DNA of 64,000 nt, taken from the NCBI GenBank assembly GCA_008632985.1, contig QPGO01000085.1, forward strand, positions 186,001 to 250,000, read 5' to 3'. The notes below the pieces were generated by a model. That model did no database searches and was not told the DNA's origin. It saw only the letters and a program-made list of their open reading frames with translations. The DNA is from Psammoneis japonica. Taxonomy: Eukaryota. Positions 35,301 to 48,604 of this stretch are shown one piece after another. Both the position numbers and the translations under genes were made by a program. Every line of letters starts with the position of its first letter. Position 1 is the stretch's first letter.

Positions 35301-36421
35301 TATTCAATTGCCAAAAGGGCGTGCACTAACCGTGACGGGATCCAACTTTGCAGCTGCTTTGTACATCGGAGAGGACCCAGAACTTAGTACAGGTTCCATC
35401 CCATCTGAACTGGGTCTTTTGACCGATCTGCGTAAGTTCGTATGACCTCGCCCTTGCCATGTGAAGCACCGAGAGTTGTTTCTGACGCTTTGCATTGTGT
35501 CCTCTAGAAATTCTGTGGTTACGAAGCACCGGCATCGGAGGGACGATTCCAGTTGAATTGTCAAACTTGAGTAGCATTCTTGAGTTGCGTCTTGACAAGT
35601 GAGTTTGTTCATTTCGTGAATGCAACTGAACGCGTCGATTTCTCTCGCTGATTTGTCTCATGAGCTGTCCTATTTGGTGCGATTAGCAACTTGTTGGACT
35701 CATCCGTACCATCCGAGATTGGAAGGCTGGAGTCACTCACAGAGCTAAGATTGGAAGGGAACCAGTTGACGGGTTCCATGCCCGCCACAATCGGCTCGCT
35801 TACACTGTTGCAGGATTTCCGTTTCGCACGAAACCGAATCACCGGACCCCTCCCGGAAGAAGTTGGAAATTTGTTGAATCTTGAGATTTTGCGTTACGAA
35901 ACGAATCTGATGACGGACCGATTCCAAACTCAATCACAAACTGCATAAGTCTCAGACGACTGTACGTCGGGGACAACTACCATACAGGAACTATTCCTGA
36001 AAACATTGGAAACCTGGGGGCTTTGGTAGACTTCCGAGCCTCTTTGACTCGCTTTGACAGCGATGGATTCCCCGGCATTGTTGGGCCATTGCCTGCCTCG
36101 ATTGGCAATCTGAGAAATCTTGAAGTCTTTGAGTGTTTTGTCTGTGGCCTGACTGGTGAAATTCCGACAGGATTCGGCAATTTGGATTCTCTTGAAAGGT
36201 TGGACTTGGAATCTAACTTTCTTACTGGGGCTGTGCCTGCTGAGTTGGGGGATTCCGATAGTCTCGAAGGGCTTTATCTTGCGGGAAATCTCCTTACCGG
36301 ATCTGTACCCGATGAAGTGTGTGCAAACGACGGCCTCGACTTTATCAGCATTGACTGCTCGAATGTCGATTGCGACTGTTGTTCCATTTGTGTTCCCACT
36401 GAGGACCCAGATTTTGTGTAA
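32331..36421 (+). CDS. Type II membrane LRR protein (charged N-terminus, TM helix, PT linker, multi-exon LRR ectodomain)
   Basis: TM YAIIGIVLLALLALILII; TPSP repeats; QRYALATL; ECSWAGVTC cap; LxLxxNxLxGxIP repeats separated by several GT-AG introns; C-terminal DCSNVDCDCCSIC. Confidence 0.88.
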
Positions 36422-37009
36422 CCAGAGAGGTCATTCTGCATAAACTGTTTTCTTGAGGAAGCTGCTGCCTGCTGTCCACGCCAACCTTGTGAAAACTCGG
36501 CAACGAGCAGCGCCCATCCTAGCAGGGACCTACTAGACGACCTCCGTTGTCGCTTTCACAGAAACGAATTTCAAAAATATCCTTGCATAGTATAAATTCT
36601 TCCGTGTGTATAACATTTCTATTACTGTCCCTGTTGGTCCCTGCGTCCGCGGAACACCGTAATTCCATACAGTAGAGATGATCAGAAAGAAGGTACTTCG
36701 TATTCCTCGCTCGAAAGCATTGGGTACCGATAGAGACTGGGAGCAGGGAGTAGGCCTCTCTACTCTCTAGCTAGCTAGAGAGTAGAGTGGGTAGAAAGGA
36801 GATTACACTGTCTACCTGCGGTGCGATATCTGAGATCGATGGCGAGTGCGGCGAGTGGCGGGCGATGAGAAGACTCACGTAGAATCCTACGACGTTCAGT
36901 ACTGCTGACTGGTGATATCTTTTGGATTCTTTCCCTCCACCGTTCTTTCGATTCTCATTTTTGTGCTTTGTTGAAAGAGAGCAACTCTTGCAGTATCTAT
37001 AACATCACC

Positions 37010-38655
37010 ATGTCGTTTGCTGGAATGCACAGTCCTCATGTGAGCATGAGCAGTGATTTCAGTTCGAAGCTGGGGCTCGCGGAGATGCTTCAAGAGTTCG
37101 AGAAGGAAGAAAGGAGGAGGCGATCTGTGGAATCAACCCCTCGCAACGACGAAAACACTCCTCTCGTCAGTTCTGGTTCCAAAGACGAAGTGCGTCTAAA
37201 CTCGACGCTTCTTCTCACAATTTTGGTAGTGACAGTTGGTTCCTCTCTTCAATTTGGTTATGGTACAGGCGTGATGAACAATGCGGAAGCATTCATCGTT
37301 GCAGATTTTCAAAGTCGCGGCAAGGAGTACAGCCTCGTTGCCTGGGGCACAACCGTCTCTTGCTATGGCATCGGCGGACTTATTGGCTCTGTGCTGGGTC
37401 CCAAAGTGATTGGTCGATTCTGTGGGCGACGAGCCACTCTTTTGGTGCAAAACGTGTTTTTAGTGGCAAGCTCTTGCTTTATGGCTTTTGCTCCAGAGTG
37501 GTGGTACCAAGCTATCGGCCGTGTGCTTGTTGGTATCGTTGCAGGTGTGGCTACTGCGGTTGTACCAACCTATCTAGCTGAAATCAGCCCGGTTCCGCTT
37601 CGTGGGGCAGTTGGAACCATGCACCAGTTGGGGATAACAGTTGGGATTCTGGTCTCCCAAATGCTCTCCACGCCTAGCTTGAATCTGTTGGGATCAACAG
37701 ACAAGTGGAGGTGGCTATTTTTGGTCCCTGTGCTTTGCGGCCTAGTGGAAGTGGTCATTTTACCATTTCTCCCGGAGTCACCAAGCTACCTGTATTCGAA
37801 ACAAGGGAAGGACGCTGCAAGAGAAGCCTTGGTGAGATTGCAAAGCGAAGACGTGGCTGACGAGTATCTGAGCTACATCAAGGAGGAAATCAGCTCGAAT
37901 ACAAACTCAAACAGTGAAATGAGTGTTCTGGAACTATTCCAGGACCGGTCTCTTCGAAAGCAGCTCATTGTCGGTATTACCGTACAGCTAATGATGCAGT
38001 TCTCAGGCATCGATGCGGTTTTCTACTATTCCACCAAGGTGTTTTACCAAGCTAACGTGTCAGATCCAGAGCTTGCCACGACTGTACTTGGGCTTATCAA
38101 TGTCATTGTGACAATCTTTGCTGTCAAATACATGGACACCGCCGGTCGCAAGACACTCTTGACGTACTCCTGGATAGGAATGATGACAAGCTATGTACTC
38201 TTGTGTGGGAGCTTTGTGTTCCACCCGTACCTCCATGGAATGGATCAACTATCCGTCATCGCAATGACAGGTGTGATTATAGCGTTCGCATTCGGGCCTG
38301 GTTGTATTGCGTGGTTTATTATTGCCGAGATTTTTCCGTCTCCTGCTCGCGATTCAGCAATGGCAGGTAAGAACCAAAATAATGCTGATCCGTGTGATAC
38401 AGCACATGCTGACTTGCATCTAAATCTCGTTTGCTGTTTTACTCTCGGACAGTTGGGATCTTTATCAATTGGGTGGCAAATTGGCTTGTTGCGTTTACCT
38501 TTCCGATTCTGTTGGAGTATACACAACCGTATACCTTCCTCGTGTTTGTGGCGACAACCACGTTCTTCTTGTACTTTACCCGGTCATTTGTGCCCGAAAC
38601 CAAAGGACTTACGGTTGCACAGGTGACTGAGGAGTTTGCCAAGATTCCATTGTAA
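37010..38655 (+). CDS. MFS sugar porter (GLUT/SLC2A-like); intron 38367-38452
   Basis: GSSLQFGYGTGVMN, GRR, YLAEISP..LRG, PESP, MQFSGIDAVFYYS, GPG.IAW, VPETKG. Confidence 0.95.
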
Positions 38656-38829
38656 CCGGGAACATCCAACCTAGTCCTTTCCAGCCAACGCGGGGAGATT
38701 TCATTGGTCTGTCAATGCATTGTCAAGTGTTTATCTAGCTATTAACGATCACTGTCGATTTCGACTACAAATGAAAATCATTCTCTGTAATTCCAGGTTG
38801 ACTTTTAGACCTAATTCCATCATTAGCAA

Positions 38830-41000
38830 CTCACACCCCAATGGGGAGAGTGATTTTTGTGATGTGCCTTTCCTGTCAGAAGTGCTCGAGCGAATGCATT
38901 CAAATTGTCAACCAAGGCCACCATTGCCTCTTGACAAGACAGACTTGCAGCAGCTTTCAAGGATGGTGGGTGGGCCTCCGAATTGAAAGAAGGGTGGCAG
39001 TCGACAAAAGCCAAAGGGAGGAACCTCGTGACAAGTCTTTGGAAATTACACCAACTGCCATACCACCTCGCTCAGGGCAATCCACCAGCTGACAAGGATC
39101 CATCAATGGTGTGGCACAGGGGCACATCTGACTTGTTCGGGATCCAATCATCTGTCCCGCATTTGTGGCTTGTTCCACCTTCATCAAGAAGCAGCTGGTT
39201 GTCCAATGGTTGCCAGACAGCAAGTTTGTTGAACTGGGAGAATGCAAACAACCCCAACATGCAGAAGGTGGAGAAGGCGATGCTTGGCAGCAAAGGCAAT
39301 CGTCCAATGTCGCTTGAGAGGGGAGCAGCAAGTCACAGGTGATCCTTGCCACACACACCACAACAAATTGAACAGAATGACAAAGTAGAAGAAAAGTGAG
39401 TTGTCTCTCTCTCTGCAGAGCACTCAACAATGACAACACTCTGTGCCTTTTGCAGTCACAGCATGTGCTTGCAAGGAGCACAAGAGAGGCAGCAGCAGCA
39501 GGGAGGGCAAGAGAACTCATTTGGGCTGCATTGACACGCAAGAGAAACTGCAACATCCTCAACAAACTCTGCCTGCATCAAGGAAGCATGATGTCAGTTT
39601 GGCTCACATGCAAAGTGGTGCTCCTGTTGACCACATTTCTGGGTTAGACACTGTGTGAATGAGACCACAACACAAACCCACATGGCCAGCTCTTGACTTC
39701 AACAGTGATGGCATTCTGCAGCATTGTGGCATTCTGCGCCATTGTGCAGCTGCAGCACATGCTTGCAAAGAGCATGAAAGAGGCAGCAGGAGGGCAAAAC
39801 CATTCATTTGCGGGCTGCATCAACACACGCAATTTGCAATGCCCTCAACACAAGCTTCCTGCATCAAGGAAGCATGTTGGTCTGGCTCACATGCAAAGTG
39901 GTCCTCCTGTTGATTGCTGCATTCCCAGGTTAGATGTTCCTGTGCAAATGAGATGCCACATCAACCCTTCTGCACAATGTTGTTTCTTTTTGCTCACTTT
40001 TGCTGATGCTGCAGACCACCACAAATTAGTTTGAGGGTGATGTGAGCTCTGCTCCTTTGATCTGGCATTGCAACACAACTGCAAAACATGACCTCTGCAG
40101 AGTGATGCTCCTTGTCAGCTGTGCCTGCTTGTTGCTGGTGGCTTCGCATGCCTTCAAATTGCAATGAGGGCATTGAACAACACACATGTTGGGTCACATT
40201 TGGAGGCAGTTGGGTGGGTGGGTGTCTTTTGTTTGTGTGTGGTGATGGCATTGCACCCCTCACTGACAAGAACCTGCATGTGGAGGAGGAATGAAAGTTG
40301 CTGCCATTGAGGGCTGTGGTCTCACCAAGTGCCAGAAAATGGAGATGCTGCCAAAAAGCAAGAAAGAGAATCTCTGCTTTGGTGCTTTGCACAAGAAACT
40401 TTGCTTGAGATTGAGTCTCTCTTGAGTTGTTGAGGGTTGTGTGCCAGCACTGGCCTGGGGCAACCCCAGCCACCAGAAGATGAGGAGCTCCAACACGTGT
40501 TGTTCCTGGGTGGAGAAGCTTCTCACAGGCATTGGCAAGGAGCTCAAAAGCTGGTGCCTTCTTGCTGGAGCTGTCACCTCATTGGTGGGAAGCTCTCTGC
40601 ACTCTAACAACCTCTCTGTGCCCCAATGATGGGGCTGTTGCAGGTGTGGCAATGTCAAGATGTTGGAGCATCCAGAACAAGCAGGAAACACAAGAAACCC
40701 AGACAAGAAATTGTTGAACAGAAGATGCTCTGGCTGCTGATGTGGTGGATTTTGTGACACTTTTGAAACAAAAACACATTCACTGCCAATCTCACTGACC
40801 TTCTTTCATCTCACTCTTTGGAGTGAATCATCTGGCTCACATGAGTTGCATTGTGGCATCAATGGGTGCCCATTGCATTGTAAGATTGAAGTTTGTTGAG
40901 GACTTCCAGGCAAACCATGGCTGCCACAGCAGCCAGAACAAGTGCAACAAGCAGTGCAGGAAACCTCACAGGGGGGTTCCTTTCAGCAACATTGACTCTT
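38830..41000 (+). pseudogene. Decayed TpA-depleted sequence with internal ~295-bp-period duplication (39460-39935); 3' part paralogous to 46550-46895
   Basis: gcatcaaggaagcatg..ggctcacatgcaaagtggt occurs twice; gaacaagcaggaaacacaagaaaccc is shared with ~46565. Confidence 0.55.
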
Positions 41001-41149
41001 GTTGATTTGACATTCACTCAAAGAGTGGACAGGCACTGCATTTGAAGCACACAGGTGCTGACCTCCATGCAATCATCTGAGATGGGAAACCTGCATCATG
41101 AGTGGCAGGAGAGGAGGCAGAACAAGTGCCAAAGGCTGAGGATGTGACT

Positions 41150-44100
41150 GAGGCAGAAGAAGTCTTTCCATGACAAGAACACCAAGACCAACCCAAACAA
41201 TGAAGTTTCATCCATCATCAATGAACAGCAACTTGCACAATGCAGCATGTGAAGACATCAAGAGAAGATCATCAATCATGATGTGCAGAAAATGTGATCA
41301 GGGTGCACATCTGGCAAGGTCTCCAGAAGACATGAAGTGCAAGATGTTTGATGATGTGAAACCCACATTGGGAACACCAAAGGTGGTGATGCCAGAGGCA
41401 ACTGCCTCAGTCTGCTGGGACATGGCAGACAAGAGATCATGAGAAGAAAAAGAATTGGAGCATGAGTGCAAGGCTGCACTTCATGACTGCAACAAAAAGT
41501 GAGGAAGCTTGAGGAAAACAAGACTGCAGCATTTGCAGCAATCCCAGATGATTGCTGTGCCAAGCTCATGAATCAGAGAGTGCTGGCTGATCCCAAATGT
41601 GAGAGCATCAGAGATGACCCAATCAAGCTGTTGAAGCTGATCCAGTCACTTGTGCTCAACTCCATGAGAGGGCGACACCCATTCTGTGCACTTGCCAAGT
41701 CTCTCAAGCACGTGTCACTTGGACATGCGAGAACAAGAGGATGAGTCACTGAATGACCAGCTGTCAAGATTTAAGAATCAATGAGATGCTGCAAGTGAGG
41801 GATTTGAAGTCATTTTTGTGATTCAGTCTGGTGAAGAAGAGCCTGTCCATCATCCCTGAAGATGTGGATGGAATGGCAGCCATTTGGGGTCCACCAACAG
41901 ATGCATTGAAGGGCACGACCGAGTGCACACACCATTCCCATGAAAGGAATGTTGCTGAGGCAACTCCACCTGAAATCTGTGAGAAGCAGAGAGAAGGTGT
42001 GACCCTCTGCATTGATGTTGTGGAAGCATGTGCTGTGTTGAGCTGCTGCTGTGTTGAGCTGCTGCTGCACGTGGTTGACAAGATGATCAAGTGTTGATTG
42101 AGTGTGAGATTGAGGTCTAAGAAGCATGATCATGTTTGTGAAGCCTTGGACATGATGATTCTCTGACAGTGCAACATGGCTCTGTTCAAGATTGACATTG
42201 TCTCAAGTGTGATCCCAAGTTCAAGGACATGCTGGCAGAAGTTGTGGATGGCATGAATCTAGAGCTCATGTCTGTGAATGCCAAGGACCATGTTCCAGAA
42301 GTCAAGTGGAGCATCCAAACCATCAATGAGCAAACCAGAGCCACTGCACATCACATCACATGCCATGCAAGACAGTGCCCAAGTTGATGTGCAAGCAAGC
42401 CGTGACAAAGAACACTGTCATGTCAAACATGCACCCACAAAAGGAGGAAGGAATTTCTGACTCTTGCAGTCCACACACCATTCTTGTGCAATGAAGAAAC
42501 CTTGACTGACTGCAACAAACATTTTCAGCTTGAGTTGGGGAACTTGTTGTTTCCCACATTGAGAATGAGAAGACAAACACTGTGGAAGCATGTGGCATTG
42601 ACAGCATCCACCTCCTGCGACCATGTTTTGATTCAGCGCTGAAGGGTGGACACCATGCCATGAACCTGCACATGGGCAAGCTTTCAAATCCCTGTAAGTG
42701 CACCTCCATTCTCTTGACTGACATGCATGCCACAGCTGTTGAGGACGTGGCCATTGGGGACAAGGCATCAAGCAACTCAAATCACAGGAAAATTTGGAGA
42801 TGATTTGCATGTTGTGCAGATTTGACTGTGGGAGCACACAATGACAAAACCAAAAGTGACCGCAAAAGCAATGACAAAAGCAAAGAAAGCAAAACAATGT
42901 AAACCACACAACCAAGTCAGAAGATGAAGACCATCAAGATGAACCTGTCTCTTGTGATGAACATGATGCAATCAAGCAAATGACATGCCAGCTGATGAAA
43001 GGTTCAGATTCCTCAATCAACAACACAAAGCTCAAGAAAAGAGCAAGAGGTTGAAGAAGACCCAGAAGACAATGAACACTGTGACAGTGAAGAGTCCAAA
43101 GAGGATGAAGAATCCCAGGAAGACATGAGATGGGGAGGTGAGTGATTGGAGGAAGAAGCAAGAGCTGTGCCAAGCAGAGCTGCAAGAAGCGTGAAGCAAG
43201 CATTCAAGGCATCCTTCAACATGAAATCACATGAACACCAAGACAAGAAAGTTTGATTTGCAGGAGTCGCAGATGCTGGAAAAGCAGCAAAGAAGCAACA
43301 AAAGCTCAAACACTGCCATTGTCTGTGTGCTGACGTGAGCCCCAATCCAGAGAATGACATTGAATGTGAAGCAGAGACAGCAATGGCACTTGCATGCTTC
43401 ATCTGTGAGATTGATGACCCACTCAGAAGTGGAGAGGGTGCATGTTTTGCCTGGCAACATTTGCTCTGTGAAGGCCTCAAAGCATTTGGCCAGAAGGAGT
43501 GTGATGCCTCAGAGAAAGAAATCAGACAGTTGCACAACCAAGTGTGCTTTGCACCAGCAGTGTCAGTCAAGGACATGACTCCAACTGAAAGGACCAAGGC
43601 CATGGTGGCCTTGATGTTCCTCACCAAGAAACGAGATGGTTGCATGAAAAGGCGAGTGGTCTGCAGAGTGGCAAACTGACCCAAGAATGACAAAGATGAG
43701 TCCACCAGCCCCACTGCATCCCTTGAGGGGACATTGACAATGGCCCAATCTTTGACACTCATGAAGTGTGACATGAAATGAGTGCTGACATTCCCAATGC
43801 ATTTGTGCAGACAATGACACCAGAGCCTGGAGAAGGCAAAGACCAGATTGTGATGAAGATTTCAGGAGCGATGGTGGACATGCTGGTGAGCATCAATCCC
43901 AACCTGTGCAGAGGCCTTGTGTTCTCCCAGAGAAAGGCAAGAGAGTCCTTTGTGTCCAAGTTGTCAGAGCCATCTGCGGCACACTGATCGTGGCTCAGTC
44001 ATGGTGCAAACAATTTTGCAAAGACTTGGAGAAGACAGGGTTTAAGTTCAACCCACACAATCCATGCATTGCTGGTCAAACAGTCAATGGCAAGCAGCAC

Positions 44101-45250
44101 ATGATTTGATTTCATGTGGACAACCTGTTGTCAAGCCACAAGAACCCAAAAGAAAAAGACAAATTTTTGAGCTGGCTGAACAAGATGCATGGAAGCTGCA
44201 GTGAAGTCATCGCCACAAGAGGGAAGAGACACAACTGTCTTGGCATGACCTTGGACTTCAGTCAGAAGGGAAAAGTGAAAATTGACATGGCAGACTGCAT
44301 TTGTAAGATGGCCAATCAGTTTTTCTGGAAAAGCCAAAGAGTGCTCCAGATTTTGCCATGACACCAGCTGGAGAGACCAAAAGATGTTTGACACCTGTGG
44401 AACAAGATTGTCAGATGAGAAGGCTCAGACCTTCCACATGTGGGTGGCCAAGAAAGAACTGTTTGTGTCCAAGAATGGCCAAATGGATGTGCACCCCGCT
44501 GTCACCATGTCATGAACGTGTGCAAGAGCTCCCACCAACAAGGATTGGGGGAATCGGAAGCTGGTCCATTGTCTCAAGCACATGAACCGGACAAGAAAGG
44601 AAGTCACTGCATCAATCATGAAGGACCTCCAAGTTGTCAAGTGGTGTGTGGAATCATCATTTGCAGTGCACCCCAATTTCAACAGCCCCACCAGAGGAAT
44701 CACAACAACAGGCAATGGAGCAGTGCTGGCCATCTTGAAGCACCAGAAGCTCAGCACCTGCAGCAGCTCAGAAAAGCTGAACTTGTTGGAGTTGATGATG
44801 CCATGACTGTGATGCTGCGGACAAAGCTGTTCATGGAACACCAGGGGCATCCAATCAACAAAAATGTTCTGCAACACCAGGACAACAAGAGTGTGATGCT
44901 GCTGGAAACCAATGGGGCGCAAGAGTGCCAGCAAGTGATTGCAAGCACTCAACATGTGGCAACTCACAACAAGAGTGCCGGCAAGTGATTGCAAGCACTC
45001 AACATGCAGCATTCCTTTGTCGCAATCAGATCAAGAAGGGCAACTTGCAAGTGCAGTGTTGTCCTGCCAACAACATGTCAGGAGACTTCATGACAAAGCC
45101 GCTGCAAGGCAAGAAGTTTTGAAAGTTTAAATGAGCCGTCATGGGCTGTCAACTTCAAGTGCAACAGGTGCAAGTCCTTTTCATTGGGATGCCAGACAAG
45201 AATTCTGACACATGTGGGTAAAAGATTCCTGACACCAGACAGGAAGGGCA
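41150..45250 (+). mobile_element. Decayed Ty1/copia LTR retrotransposon (CoDi-like): gag, integrase, RT, RNase H
   Basis: DDPIKLLKLIQ (gag); AAIWGP, VTLCIDV, DHVPEV (integrase); LMFLTKKRDG, SADIPNAFVQT, VVRAICG, FNPHNPC, HVDNLL (RT); SSFAVHP, AELVGVDDA, QDNKS, DFMTKPLQGKKF (RNase H), in copia order. Confidence 0.92.
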
Positions 45251-45299
45251 CCAAACTGAAGGGTTCAACAGCAACCACACAATCTGTGGCTCTGCGGTT

Positions 45300-46980
45300 G
45301 ATTGATGAAGATGATTGACAACTGTGACATCAGAAGAGTTGCACGAGGTGACTGACAACTGCAAGTTGTTCAAACTGGATGACAGTGTGATGACATTGGC
45401 ACCCAGCAGCAGCCACAGGACTGCTGTCAGAAGAGGTTTCACATGGCCTTGAGAAGCTGCAAGAACATGAGAGATTGGCATGGTGCAACAAGGAATGTGC
45501 TCAAGGATTGCATGAGAGAGCAATGCATGGGGATTGACACTCCACCCCAGTCCTTGCATTTGTTGCAATGCTGTTGATGCATGTGAAATCAGCAGATCAC
45601 ACAAGAGAATGAGGGTCAAGGATCAAATCCAGTGTTCCCAACATGGGGCTGGAAAGACAAGGGCCTGTGGAGAGCCCTGTGGTTGTAGAGGCACCATGAA
45701 ATGAAGGAGCAGAAGAACACCTTGATGGAGATGACAAACACAAGTTGTGAAGTGCATCAACACATGTCACCACCAATGCACCTGTGTTTTTTGTCCTCAG
45801 CAACAAAGGGGTTGCACTCCAAACATTGGAACATGCCACCAAAGCACACAAGATCAAAGAGCTTTGGCAAGTCCTGGGTGCTGTTCCTGGAGACAGAACA
45901 AGCACACCTGCATGAGAGATTGACCTCCACTGCCAGGTGAAGAATGTCTGTCACCCAAATGGGAGGCTGGAGCAAGCAAAAAGCAGCAGCTTTGCCTCAA
46001 CAAGACTGACATCAACAAACTGTGTTGCAAGTTGTTCCCACCTTTGGCATGAGCAAGAATGGGATTTGTGGTTCCCTCATGAAGCTCCAGGAGCAAGACC
46101 CCATCAATGTGTGAGATTGATGCAGACTCATGACAGCTGCCAAAGGGGCAGAGTGTGCAATGCCAGGAATTTGGCAGCATCTTTCTGCCATGAGACTCAA
46201 TGACCACTCAAACTTGAGAGGTGGCACTGTGCCAATGTGGCATTCCTGGATCTGTCTCCAGAGGCAATCAACAGTTGGGTCACAAACCGGGTTGGACATC
46301 CAGAAAATGAGAACGAGAAAGAGAAGTCTTGCCATGCTTGTGCAGAGCACTTTGTGGAGAATGTTCATGGAGTTACACGTGCGTTTGATGATTTGATTGA
46401 TTGCAGCTGTGGTGGCAGCAAGTGCGTGTGTTTGCATGTTTGTCAATTGTGGGACGTTGAGAGCACCCTGAAGCAAGTGGCGCTGACACCGAGAGTCCTG
46501 AGCAGACTGTCAAGCCACAAGATGAACATTGTTGCAAGCATCAGGAGTGTGTTGGAGCATCTGGAACAAGCAGGAAACACAAGAAACCCGGGCGCAGAAT
46601 TGTTGAAGAGAGTGCACTCCGGCTGCTGACGTGGTGGGTGCATCTTGTTGTGACACTTTGGAAACAAAAACACACTCATCACCAAACTCACCAACCTTTT
46701 TTTATCTCACTCTTTGAAGTGAATCATCTGGTTTGTGTGAATTGTGTTGTGGCATCAGTTGGCACCCATCACGTCACAAGATCTGAGTTTGTGTTGATGA
46801 CTTCCAGGCAAACCACACACAGAGCCTCATGTGGCAGCCAGGACAAGTGCAACGAGCAGTGCAGGAAACCTTGTGGGATTCCCTTTCAGTGACATTGTCT
46901 TGTCGGTTCAACACAAGAGGCCAGGCAACAATTTTTTAATGGGGTTGGCATGCCGCAGGTGTGTTGGAGTGTCGGCAGCG
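45300..46980 (+). pseudogene. Decayed TpA-depleted coding-like sequence, paralog of 40670-40990
   Basis: LEHLEQAGNTRNP and VNHLVCVNCVVASVG..DKCNEQCRKPCGIPF align to LEHPEQAGNTRNP and NHLAHMSCIVASMG..NKCNKQCRKPHRGVPF. Confidence 0.55.
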
Positions 46981-47137
46981 ACCCCAAAATCAACCTGCTC
47001 TACCTCCCGCCAGAGACGCCATACGACGGTCAGAACGCGGTACAGAATTTTTCTCAACGCTCGCGAGGTTGCAAAAGTCGCCGATGGGCCGATGGAGCGA
47101 TGAGTTCACTCGCAGTTTCAAGTTCAAGTTCGCAGAG

Positions 47138-48037
47138 ATGAAACTATGTACCATGATGGCAACTCCAAACGTCGCTTCATCGCTTCCAAAGGATAAGAGG
47201 GTCGAACGAGATGATGAGGAGCCCTTGTTTGTCACCACTTGGAAGGTTCAGGTCGGGTGGCTTGTAATCTTTCTCGCCTTGGTGGCTCTTTTCCGGATTC
47301 CCGTGGTGCAAGAGTTGATGGATGCTTTCTTGGGATTCATTCTCACTTTCCTGGCACCCGCCGTTCCTTCTTCTGCCAGCATGGCAACAAAAGGATCCGA
47401 AACATACGAACCCCTTTCTGTCGTTTGCTGGGTCGCTCATGTGCCCACCATGATTTTTGGCAACGAACTGTTTCGAGTGGCCCTCCACGATCCGAAGAGT
47501 GCCGTGACACGACGCTTGGGATTGGGTTTTTTCCTGAATTTTCTTCAGGGATGGATCATTATGGTGGGCCACAGCCTTGTGAACGTTCACGCCCCCCTGG
47601 AGGAGAAACTCATCCTTTTGGGTCTGGTTTTGGCCGCCACGAGCGTTTTTTCCATGGGCATATGGGGATTCTTTCCCGACATTAGTGCCATTTACGTCTA
47701 CCCCCTGATCTTTGCCGCTGTCTTGTCGGAAAATGTTACCTACAAGAATCTCTATGGTCGAATCTTCAGTTCCATGGCTCTTGTGGCCGTCCTGTATCGT
47801 CCCGAGATCCACCTCCTTTTGAAGCTTGGATACTTAATGTGCGCCATCATGGCCGTTGTCCTACCGCTCCTACCGTGGCCCCACGGCACCAACGTACACC
47901 ACACGTTGGATGCTCTGTACTTGAGCGTGGCTACGGCTGTGCTCATGACGGGTGCCATTTGTCAAGCCAAGGGAGTTACCGTTCGCGATGTGGTACTTAT
48001 CGTCCCGGGCAAGAAAAGGCAGCTTAGCACCAGGTGA
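47138..48037 (+). CDS. Multi-pass membrane protein of unknown function
   Basis: Long clean ORF with many hydrophobic helices and normal Tyr/TA content; start codon uncertain. Confidence 0.75.
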   Translation: MKLCTMMATPNVASSLPKDKRVERDDEEPLFVTTWKVQVGWLVIFLALVALFRIPVVQELMDAFLGFILTFLAPAVPSSASMATKGSETYEPLSVVCWVAHVPTMIFGNELFRVALHDPKSAVTRRLGLGFFLNFLQGWIIMVGHSLVNVHAPLEEKLILLGLVLAATSVFSMGIWGFFPDISAIYVYPLIFAAVLSENVTYKNLYGRIFSSMALVAVLYRPEIHLLLKLGYLMCAIMAVVLPLLPWPHGTNVHHTLDALYLSVATAVLMTGAICQAKGVTVRDVVLIVPGKKRQLSTR

Positions 48038-48604
48038 CATTGATACCTGGTGACATGTGTATTGTTATTTCCATCTCCGATATTCCTGTTCCTTCTCTTC
48101 ATATAAAAGCAGCTTACTTCCGGACGCCATTTGATGCGCCGTGATTTGTTTCATCTCCGATTCCTGTTGCCTTACTTCTTTTCATATATAAGAGTGATAG
48201 TCTGTAGGAAAGTGATTTTCCATTCCATTGGAATGTAGCGCAGAACTATGAGCAAGTTTCCTCAAAAAGGCAGTCTTCGTAGACCTAATCTAGCTCATCC
48301 GCCATACGCCGCCCTTTAAACGACGATCTTTTTTACGAATGCGTCGATCAGGGCACTTCTTTGAACTTCACACTGTTCCCCAGGAAAGCACGATCCTTAC
48401 TGGTCCTGCCAGCTTCGTCCCTTCCTCTGCACTGTAAAGACGAGCTGCATAGACACTCTAACTAGCTTTCCAGGGCTTTGGTTTTCTTCTCTTCTCCTCT
48501 AGAGATTGTACGATGGATTAAGCATCCTACGATGAGAGTCTATGAGTTATCCTTGCATTATTATGAGTTTCGCCACCATCACTTCCTATTCGACTGCCAT
48601 TTAA

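Noticed and set aside
40670..46895. LTR pair of the copia element
   Set aside because: The 3' copy lies about 1.4 kb beyond pol, similarity is limited and coding-like, and no PBS, PPT or TSD was identified.
38830..46980. Cys/His-rich ORFs as metal-binding proteins or evidence of an alternative genetic code
   Set aside because: Explained by TA/CG to TG/CA mutation; neighbouring genes use the standard code with normal Tyr content.
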